Assembly: GCF_964355755.1 (NCBI RefSeq)
Contig: NC_092674.1
Span: forward strand, 4,774,001-4,838,000
Direction: 5' to 3'
From: Antedon mediterranea
Taxonomy: Eukaryota > Animalia > Echinodermata
Length of the DNA: 64,000 nt
Every line of letters starts with the position of its first letter. The first letter of the stretch is position 1. Made by a program: the position numbers and the translations under genes. Below the pieces are notes generated by a model. The model was not told the origin of the DNA. It was given only the letters and a program-made list of their open reading frames with translations, and made no database searches. Below, piece after piece: positions 9,841 through 21,800 of this stretch.

Positions 9841-12800
9841 GTAAGTTATAATATTTTTCTTATTTTGTATTAATTTAAAGGAAATATTGAGGTTTTTAAC
9901 GTTGTTTTTTTATGAGTGGAATCGTCTCGAGAATAGCGAGGTGATGCAAGTCGTTGGTGGTGTGATTGTATCGTGGTTCGTATGTTTTGTTGTGAAGTGA
10001 ACCGCGAGCCAGCCTAGCTTTACTACGACGAATAACAGGCTTTATAATGATAAATTCCATAATTATTTCGCGATATAAATGATGGTTCTATTATGTAGGA
10101 ATATACTCTATGATCTGTTATTGATAATAATCATTTAAAATTCTATTTTTAACAGAACTTTGTCAATATAGGGATACCATATCGAATCAAATTTATGATT
10201 GAATATGACCTGTCAGTCAATAATGTCATTTTGACGTAATCCGACAGACATTGGGAGGGCATAGTTATACCTCCTGGACCCTAGCTATGCCTAGTTAAGA
10301 CATATCAGGTCCCCCAAAATATAACATAACTGAAATTCACTAATGTGTAAAAATTTTACATGAAATGTATTCATTATTCAGATTTTCATTTGTTTCTGTT
10401 AATAAAACAAATTTTAATATTCTAATTTTTTTACTCCAAATGTGGGTTTATTTACACTATTTATCGATGCTGTATAATATGTATTAATTTCATATTAATC
10501 CCTATGCTACATACAGATGTACATAGAAGAGGCTGCGATCTACATTTTGAAACCTCGCCAAAATAATCAATAAATATTTAGTCAGATATAATACTCATGT
10601 AATTGTAACCTGATCTATACAAAATGCAACACATTTCAAAGTATTTAGTGCCTGATTTATGAGACCTGTAAACTCCCTTTATAATAACATTTTTTGCTGG
10701 AATATTTTTTACAGCATTTGTACAGTCAGAAATAAATGTGAATGAACTTAGACAACTAGTGGAAGAAGTATCGTTAAGAGTAAGTAGAAAATTTTAGAAT
10801 GTTTTAAAATTCACCATAAACACTGTACTATTATTCTAACCAAGATATGTTATAGGCCAATGTGTAAACTTTAAGATATTGGTTGGAAGTACTGATTCAA
10901 ATTTAACTTAGAGTGCATGGGTGTTGGTTGCATCTTCATACTTCAATTTCGGGATGTATTCATACTGTAAACACCACATTTTAAGCTTCTGTTACAGTTA
11001 CACCATGCGTAACCACCCACTATATCAATTATCATACAGATTTTAAAACTCAAACACAGTCCTCAAATCCTTGCGAAAATGTTGGATAGAGGTGACCACA
11101 AAATGGTTTAAATTAATATCTGTACAGTTGTGTCGGGAAACTAAATATAAATTTACTTTCCAGTATTTTTACTGTGTTGATCTCATGTTTCTAATGGGAA
11201 CAAATTTACTCACATGTACCCAGAAAAATAAACAAACAAATCCTTATTAGTGTTCTTATCTAAACTTATTTGTCAGTTTTACAACTCAAAACAATCAACC
11301 GAATGAATAAGTTTTAGAAAAAAAATTATTACTGTATTAATGCCCTTTATTTCCTGGGTATTAGACATCACTCTAATTGTCTATTGCTTTACAGTACTTG
11401 TTGGTCACTATAGCATTAGGAAGTGTCTAATATCTTGTACTGTATTATTTAATGCTATGTGTCTGATCTTCTGTTAGTTATATGGCAATGTAACAACAAC
11501 TTTCAATCTTATTTTAAATAATATTTTGAGATACTAATACTGTAGTTTTTTGTTGTTACGATATTATTTATTGTCATTTTAACGAGGTACAAATGAATTT
11601 TTGTTGGTTGGTTTACATTTTGATTTACATACAAATTTATACAATGAATACAAAATAAAAAGTAAACAATTTAGCATTGTAAAACAAAGCAAAAAGTGCC
11701 ACAATATAAAAAAACAAATGCATTGTGGTAGGCAGTGCCTATATGAGATGATACAGTAGTACCGGTACATTCAGTTTAAGTATCAAATATCAAGTATCGA
11801 ATAATAAACTAAACAGATTTATTATAATAAATTTCTCATTATGTCATTAATATTTTCATAAACTTTTTTTGTTTCTTTTGCAGGATGATTCTAGGTAAGT
11901 GAACGTTTTTATTCTCTACAGTATTTATGCAATGAGGACCCGTCTACATTATCAAACTAGTTTTATGACAAAAAAAGTGTGGTGCGCCTAGTAATGATAT
12001 ACTCAAATATGGTAGTGATATGACATCATCATGTCCATATATGGGCATATCACATTTCTTTTGTCACATAAAGTTTGATAGTGTAGATGAACACATTTTA
12101 CATACACATTGTGCATGTTGTCTAGGTTACAAACTACAGTATAAAATGTCATGGCAATGTACTTAAATGCAGAACTGTGTTGAGCCTATTTTTACCAGTT
12201 TAAATAACAAAATGCCACATAATACTAATCATATTGCTATGCATAAATATATATTAAATGGTATAGCCAAAAACGCAATACAAAGCTTGGTTGCTACTCC
12301 ATCTACTGTACAACATTTTTATGAGAATGTTCTCTGCATGACCCCAACGGAAATAAGTTTTTTATTTAACTTTCTTGGGTTATCCTCAGTTCATTCAGAT
12401 AATATTGTGTTCTTGTACTTTTTTTTTGTCTGTAAAATTGAATGAACTGAAATAAAATGAAATGTGTCTATGGGTCTTACAAACAAAAACTAACCAATTA
12501 TTTTAAGTATGCACATAAAAATGAAAAAATAAAATTAATATTAAATAATAATAATAATAATAATATTAATAACAAAAAGATGGAATCTTTAAGTTACAAA
12601 ACATTAACACTCGGTCAAAATTAATTAAATAATTACCTACACAAACAGTTTTGCTTATTGAACGTAAACACTAAGATTAAATACTGTATATCAGTTTGTT
12701 TTATTTCTTTATTAGTATAAATTAACATAACAATGAATGCTACATTATCTGTAGGCATTTCCCGGCCGTAAAATATAGTAAATTTAAATTAATGTTATGA

Positions 12801-15800
12801 TTTTCATCAACAAGGCAACCATTTTGTTTACTTAACGTGTCCTTGACAATGTACAGCACTGTATACAATCGATTTGTTTTGGTTTTGCCACCCATTTAAA
12901 AAGCTCAAGGCCGTCATGTATATTGATTTTGCCTGTAAATGCTGTTCAATATAAAGCGTTTCATTGCTGACCTGGTGTCAATGGAAACTACTCATCAAGC
13001 GTGCAGTATTCCACGTCAAATGTCTATAAAGTATTGATATTTTGTTGTAATAGGTTTTTGCACTAAGCAACAATAATTCCACTGTATTATAAGTAGGCCT
13101 GCTACTAGTAGTAAACAAATTACTTCTGATTATGTGTTGGTAGGAGCTGTAGATTATTTATTTATGTCTGACTGAAAATGTGTTATATTTGACCTTTGAA
13201 CCTCAACATGCACATGTCTATAAAGTATTGATATTTTGTTGTACTGTAATAGGTTTTTGCACTCAGCAACAATAATTCCACTGTATTATAAGTACGCCTG
13301 CTACTAGTAGTAAACAAATTACTTCTGATTATGTGTTGGTAGGAGCTGTAGATTATTTATTTATGTCTGACTGAAAATGTGTTATATTTGACCTTTGAAC
13401 CTCAACATGCACATGTCTAGTATAAAGTATTAATATTTTGTTGTAATACTGTAGGTTTTTGCACTCAGCAACAATTCCACTGTATTATAAGTAGGCCAGC
13501 TACAAGTTTAAGTAATTACTTCTGATTACAGGTACTACTGTACTGTATGTGTTGGTAGGAGCATGGAGGTATATCCATGGTAGGAGCAGTTGATAACATA
13601 TTATTTATTTATGTCTGACAGAAAATGTGTCATATTTGACCCTTGAACTTCCACATGCAAAATAGATCGCAATATCTTGCCATTCAAAGTTTAACTTGCA
13701 TAATAATGGTTATTTTAAGCATGGATCTTCCTATTAATTTATTGGTCAGTGTTTTAAGCACTTGCTTATCATCATCAGATGAGTTATCATAAATTATTTG
13801 TGCATCTTTCTTTTAGATGAGAAATCAATGAGACAATCTATCCAGAATGCTGTTGTTTTTCACACATTTAGCAATACCTCTCCCGTTAGACAATGTTAGA
13901 CAGTTTTATTGATCAAAACTCACAATAAATACTACATTTTTTTCCCCATGATTTCAGTAAACCAAAACACTTTCTCTAGTTTCGTTTTACATAATATCTA
14001 CATGTTGGTTGTTACTTTTATATATTTATTTATTTCTAAACTGTATCTTTATTGTAAAGACGCCAGTATCGTAGTACTGATATCACTGGTGGATCACATA
14101 AACAAAATAGATGTACAAAAGTAAAAACAATATAATAAGTAAAGTAAAATACTGTATATCAAAGAGAAACATAAAAATTAAATGGATAATTACTGTAGAG
14201 ACATTATATTACATTGGCCATAGTATGAAATTCACAATTAAAATATTTGTATAAGGCAATCAGTTTCTTCGATGAGGTCTCAACAAAAATGCTTTTTTTG
14301 TAAAAATTGTGGAGGCTGATGCAGTGGGCATTTACTACTGTAATTAAAGTTTTGGACAATAAATTTGTAAGGTTTACAGGTAGACGGGAAAGTGAATGAA
14401 TGATACATTTTACCATTTACAAATTTCACTACTGTATCTTTTATTCTTATAAAATTTTCTACTGTACAAAACTGTACATTTGTTGTATGTAGTGTGTTTG
14501 CACAGTTTAATTATTCCTTCATTTATTTGTTGAATCGGTGGCACTCACAATATATGCAGTGCGGTCCAAGAAACAAAACAAAACATATTGAGAAAAAAAG
14601 ACATGAATAACTACAGTATAATAACCAGTTAACTCTTTCCTAATATAACTAAACTACAGTATAACCAGTTAACTCTTCCCTGCTATAACTAAACTAACAG
14701 TATAACCAGTTAACTCTTTCCTAATATAACTAAACTACAGTATAACCAGTTAACTCTTCCATGGTATAACTAAACTACAGTATAACCAGTTAACTCTTCC
14801 CTGCTATAACTAAACTAACAGTATAACCAGTTAACTCTTTCCTAATATAACTAAACTAACAGTATAACCAGTTAACTCTTTCCTAATATAACTAAACTAC
14901 AGTATAACCAGTTAACTCTTCCCTGCTATAAATAAATTAACAGTATAACCAGTTAACTCTTTCCTAATATAACTAAACTACAGTATAACCAGTTAACTCT
15001 TCCCTGCTATAACTAAACTACAGTATAACCAGTTAACTCTTCCCTGCTATAACTAAACTAACAGTATAACCAGTTAACTCTTCCCTGCTATAACTAAACT
15101 AACAGTATAACCTGTTAACTCTTCCCTGCTATAACTAAACTAACAGTATAACCTGTTAACTCTTCCCTGCTATAACTAAACTACAGTAACCAGTTAAATC
15201 TTCCCTGGTATAACTAAACTACAGTATAACCAGTTAACTCTTTCCTGGTATAACTAAACTACAGTAACCAGTTAACTCTTCCCTGGTATAACTAAACTAC
15301 AGTAACCAGTTAACTCTTCCCTGGTATAACTAAACTACAGTATAACCAGTTAACTCTTTCCTGCTATAACTAAACTACAGTATAACCAGGTAACTCTTTC
15401 CTGGTATAACTAAACTACAGTATAACCAGTTAACTCTTCCCTGCTATAACTAAACTACAGTATAACCTGTTAACTCTTCCCTGCTATAACTAAACTACAG
15501 TAACCAGTTAAATCTTCCCTGGTATAACTAAACTACAGTATAACCAGTTAACTCTTTCCTGGTATAACTAAACTACAGTAACCAGTTAACTCTTCCCTGG
15601 TATAACTAAACTACAGTAACCAGTTAACTCTTCCCTGGTATAACTAAACTACAGTATAACCAGTTAACTCTTCCCTGCTATAAATAAACTAACAGTATAA
15701 CCAGTTAACTCTTTCCTAATATAACTAAACTACAGTATAACCAGTTAACTCTTCCCTGCTATAACTAAACTACAGTATAACCAGTTAACTCTTCCCTGCT

Positions 15801-18800
15801 ATAACTAAACTAACAGTATAACCAGTTAACTCTTCCCTGCTATAACTAAACTAACAGTATAACCTGTTAACTCTTCCCTGCTATAACTAAACTAACAGTA
15901 TAACCTGTTAACTCTTCCCTGCTATAACTAAACTACAGTAACCAGTTAAATCTTCCCTGGTATAACTAAACTACAGTATAACCAGTTAACTCTTTCCTGG
16001 TATAACTAAACTACAGTAACCAGTTAACTCTTCCCTGGTATAACTAAACTACAGTAACCAGTTAACTCTTCCCTGGTATAACTAAACTACAGTATAACCA
16101 GTTAACTCTTTCCTGCTATAACTAAACTACAGTATAACCAGGTAACTCTTTCCTGGTATAATTAAACTACAGTATAACCAGTTAACTCTTCTCTGGTATA
16201 ACTAAACTACAGTATAACCAGTTAACTCTTCCCTGCTATAACTAAACTACAGTATAACCAGTTAACTCTTTCCTGGTATAACTAAACTACAGTATAACCA
16301 GTTAACTCTTCCCTGGTATAACTAAACTACAGTATAACCAGTTACAGTAACTCTTCCCTTGTATAACTAAACTACAGTATAACCAGTTAACTCTTCCCTG
16401 CTAATGCTATAACTAAACTACAGTATAACCAGTTAACTCTTTCCTGGTATAACTAAACTAAAAAAACTGAAAACTGTTTACAAGCAAACAATACAATACA
16501 AGTAATTATTACTCATTTATTATTCTAGCATTTTGTTTTACTGTACCTTGGCCATTAGACAAGGCAATTGGTAAGTGCTTTACCCAAAAAGTACAGACAA
16601 CATACTGTACACAGTACACAAGTTCTAGGAAAGGGTTCTACATTTATTTTGTTGTTGTTGGTCATATTTTTTTAACTTGACAAAGCAATCATATGAACTC
16701 AACCCATAAGTACTGACAACAAACTGCACATTGAGCTTTCAATACTTTATTGAACAGGAAATTATTGCTGATAAAGAATGTTTGCACAATGATAGCTCAT
16801 TAAATTGTATAGTATTATTAAACAAATACTGTATGAATTGATCATTAGGTCCACTTATTCCTAAACCAGTGTAAAGCAATTCCCACCTCCACTGTCAAAA
16901 TATAGTGGACATGGTGGTCTTTTTGGTTTTTTGAACTACTAAAGTGAAATTATACTTTTAATAGCAAGTTGAGAATTCTGATCTGTATAAACTCAGTCTA
17001 CACTATCAAACTAGTTTTGTCACATAAAGTTTGATAGTGTGGACAGAGCTTTAGAAATGCTTAGTATACAAAATATATGTTGGCAAGGACACTCTGGTGT
17101 ATTATATTTAATGAAATGAATGAGTGTGATTTTGTTTTCCAAATTTATAGAATGGTCCTCCTGAATTACTTTTAAGTAAATGTTTATTCTACTCCTTTGT
17201 GACTACTACTGTATACAGTTCTGTATATTTGAACATAAATTCTTTTGACTTGCTATAATAATAGTTAGATTATACCATCTGCTTACAATGGTAACCCCTT
17301 CTCTTGGGTTCACGAACCTCGAAGCTTTGGATGTGAATAAATAATAAGACAGACTTTTTTCAATTCAGATTTTAGTTGGTCTTTGTTTCCATTTCTTATT
17401 TTCAACTTCTTTTGTTTGGAAGAACTACTGCTGGACTCTGGGTCATGGCTGTAAATTAAAAAGTGAACTTCCAACCAGTACAAAGATGCATTTGCTGTAT
17501 TAATATGTCAATTTGATTGGGGAGCTTAAAGCTCTGTCTACACTATCAAACTAGTTTGTAATGTGTACAATAGGCCATAGTTTTGAAATAGAGGTTTCCT
17601 GATTTCGACCAATGTCAAATCCTGGAGGTTAAGATATCCTGCAGTATCCAGGAAAATCCTGCATCTAGAAATTACACAAAAAAGCAACACATTAAGCCCT
17701 GTTTACACTGTCAAACATTGTGTTACAAAAAAATGTGATGTGCCCATATATGGACACGTCATACTGTAGCACTACCATATTTGGACATATCACTACCATG
17801 GGCACATCACACTGTTTTTGTCAAACTAGTTTGATAGTGTAGACCAACCTTAACAATAGGAACCAAAGTGTAGGGTCGGCATAATGATTAATACAGTAAT
17901 ACCCAAATTGTTCATTTTGCTTCAACAATACAGTCATAACAGTATTATTACTGTACTATCTGTTAAAAATGATCTCCATTGAATTTGATTTTTTATATTC
18001 TCTAATAAATTCTTAATTTTTACATCCCTTCTTGTTCAACCGTATTTTAATTTGGCATTTATTGGCTCTAATGATTCTAAAATGTGACATGGTTTTTTGT
18101 TTGTGTATAAATATTAAACTTTAATTTTTATATCCGAATGAACTTAATAGTGGAAATCGAAAGAATGGCTTATTCACTTGAGAAGGGGAAATCTAAAGAA
18201 TGTTGACGTTTTGTTTAACCTCCTGAACGGAGCCTTATTATAGAGATTTATAAACTGCCAATATGAATTATTATGCTATAATTTTTACTAGATATGGTTA
18301 AATGAAGTACTTCTGAGGAATACAGAAAAATCTTTAAAGCCTAAAATAGCAAATGAGAACAGTACAGTACTTATAAAGTACAGACAAACTTTAATAACAA
18401 ATATTAATGCTTTATTTATTGTGTGTACCTTTTGCATAATTTATTATAATGCCGATGGAAAAATTACTAAATGGCTTTCATTAGGTATGAGATAATTCTT
18501 TTTTTGGTTATGATACATGTTAGTGAGCGATATTTGACGACTATTGTGAACCAGAGAGATACTTTATATTAAGTTTATTATTATGGTTTATAGTACAAAA
18601 TGTGTTTGAAAAGAAAATGAAGACAAGTTTATTCAAATATTCTTTATTGTAACAAAATAAACATTTTGTTACAATATTAAAATAACCAATTAATAAATGA
18701 TTACATGTTCATCACAACATGTAAAAATTTGAAACAAAGTCTGAGAAAAAAACAAGTTTAGAATATTTTGACGTTTTTTTTGCTATGAATACAGTACAAC

Positions 18801-21800
18801 CATCTTCTATATTAGTGCACAGAACTAAATTCATTAGTTTTGTCTTCATTCTCTATACATACAATGCATGAATACAGTAGACTTCTTTTCATATTTCTTA
18901 TACCGTACCCAGATGCGAACCAGAGAGATACTGTATTAAAAGTTTATTTTTATTAATTATGGTTTGCAGAACACAATGTATTTCATTGTAAAGAAAAAAT
19001 GAAAAGAAAATGAAAAAAAGTTTTTGATAATATTTTGACGTTTTTTGCTACAAATTGTCTTTAGTATTAGTACACAGAACTAAATTTGTTAGTTTTCTTC
19101 ATTCTCCATACTACAATGCATGAATAAATTTCTTTTCATAATTTTCATACCCAGATGCACTTGTTGTACTGTAGACTTCCATCCGTAAACAACACTATGC
19201 CATTTATTTACTTATCATTCACTAAAATTATCAAACTGTTAGTCTTTACAAAAACAGTTCTGTTTGAATCATTGCACTCCTTTTCAATCGGTCCAGTGGC
19301 CACAAGTAATTAACTACTTATAAATACTTGTCATAATATAACCTGGGCGTAATCTTACTTGCCCCGGGCCAGGAAATTATAGTACGAAACTATAGAATTT
19401 GATTTGACAAAACAAAGTCTTCATTTAGTGTAATTAAATGTGCTTAATAGATGAATTGATATGGACTCTATAGTGCGTAATTTAATTGACAAATTTTAAT
19501 CAAGTGGGTTTTTACTTCGGTGGAATAATTCCTACAAAATGATAAAAAGTTTAAGAAGTTTCATAGTAAAATGCAAAATTATGTTTATTGCTTTTTGTCA
19601 ATCAAGCTCATTGAGAATGTGTAATTAATCAGATCATTGCATTAAAATAAATTAACACTTTTTTGTATGATGTCCCAAACAATTTAATGTTCTTTGTATT
19701 GAAGTGCGGTTCTTTGCATCTAAAATGAAAATAAGGCTCTGTCTACACTATCAAACAAGTTTAACAAAAAAAAAGTGTGGTTTACCCATGGTAGTGATAG
19801 TGATCACATTTTTTTGTCAAGTTTGATAGTGTAGTGTAGACAGAGCTTTGCAGTGGTCTTCAAGTGTCATAGTGAGCCATATAAAAAGGAAAGTGTCATC
19901 AGGTCCTGTGAAGAACACCATAGTATTGGTGGTTTTATACCCAGAGTTGAATTGATCAGCCTTCACTGACCAGATATTTATGAAATCTAATCCCAATTTG
20001 GTGTCAGAAATATGCCTGGAAATAGCATAAAAATCGTTAAACATTAAATAAATAGAATACCATGCATGAATTAGTGTAATCTTTCTTCGTTATTCCGTCA
20101 TTCTATTGTCTCATAAAGAAAGAGGATACCGTTCTGTCTGATTACTGTTGTCTTATAAATTTGATGTCATCCAAATTTAATGAGCGTTCAATAAAGGTGA
20201 AAGCATGAAAACACAGCTCCAAGGAACGTTATTGTTGTTGTTACCGGATCCATTGTGAATATTCATTAGATACCATGACAGCGGGATTGAACATGGTCAT
20301 GCTTGATTGACTATACTCTATGCACTGCTAATCATTCATGCAGATATTGAGAATACCAACAGTGCTGTACAGTATAGTAGATTATTATTATAGAATTACT
20401 ATCAGTAATAACCCCCGAAAAACTCAATTACCTTTAGAGCGATTTTCAAAGGTAGTTTAAAATCTTTATTTTTATACCCCATATATGAATGCATGTAGTA
20501 TTAAAACTCACAAACTCTCTTTACTCTATTTCGTGCGTAGCTTACCTCGATAAACCGACATTGGTCTATTTCTCTTGCAAAAGAGTGCTACAATACAAAT
20601 ATATTAAAAATTAGTTTTTCACCATACAATATTTCAATGCAAAAATTCTCCCTTTTCCGTGTTATACTTGCACATCAGGATTGCCTAGTTTCACATCTTA
20701 TCAGAAAGCAGGTGCTGACCGGGGTTCAGTTAGACCGATCCCTGATTAGCAACGAAGGCATATCCCCTTACTTCGGTTTGGGTTTCCCTTTTATTGTATT
20801 AGTTTTATGTACAGCGCTTAGAGGTTTCACAATATTACAGTAGGTGCTATATCCAGGATATTATTATTATTATATAAAGCTCTTTGATAAAAAACCATAA
20901 ACCAGGCATTTTAATTCAAAATACACAATAGTAGTACTTAGGCTAAATAAGGATTTGGCTGAATTGTCAGAATATAGTAGGATTTAGTTTCACAACATTC
21001 TTCAAATCCAATGGAATATTCATTGAATAATTGCCAAAATAGAAAGATACTGTGTAAACCCATTCATTGATTTAAATTTACTGTATAAGTGCAAGTTTAC
21101 TCTTATAGATTTTAAAGCTCTATAAGCTTTTAGTTTTCTAAGTATGAGAGTTGAGTATAGCATGTAATCCCATGATGCAACAGGGTTTCACAGAATTAAA
21201 ATCCGTCTTCCGCGATTAAATCAACAGGAAGGACAACTTGCTCAAATTTGAGCTGAATCAAAACTGAGACCTGGATGCAAACAGTAGATTGATATTAATA
21301 GCATTACAGTACATACAATACATAATTATATCATCATATACAACTTATGATGGTCATAAAAGGCTATTAACGTACCAGATAACTGAAATAATAAATCAAA
21401 CATCAATCGGTCAATCAATATAATAATTTTTTTATAATTTTTTTAAACTCTCAATCCCAAATATGTTCTTTGTTATTGTTACTGGAAAATCAATAATTAT
21501 ATATCAAATTTTGAGAATAATGATCGATGGTGAAATAAATTCCATGTTACACTATTGTCTCAATTTAAAAAAATGTTTAAAAAGGAAACAAAATAATAAT
21601 CTAAGGAAATAATAATCTAGATCTAAGTCAAAAAAGAAACTTTTCATCTTAGTTTTTGATTTATTTACACTTATCATCGGCTAAATTACTTACAGTGCTA
21701 GGGACTGACAAGCGCTAGATACTATCAGTCTAAAGGAAGAATGCATCAACAGCAATGTTGTCAAATAATTTACTTTTTCATCATCTTTTATCATCTACAA

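Noticed and set aside
9661-9873. 70-aa ORF as TMEM131 exon 1
   Set aside because: Wrong phase for exon 2; the frame from 9717 gives a signal peptide and joins AFVQSE
14610-16460. CRISPR-like regular array (also 25481-26640)
   Set aside because: Units are contiguous with no unique spacers, there are no cas genes, and the context is a eukaryotic intron
17151-17175. Candidate 25-nt exon tttatag|AATGGTCC...TTTTAA|gtaaat
   Set aside because: After the microexon it reads into a stop, it is not needed for frame, and the donor is weak; kept only as a possible poison exon
19270-19295. ATTGCAC miR-92-like seed
   Set aside because: The rest of the mature sequence and a precursor hairpin are absent
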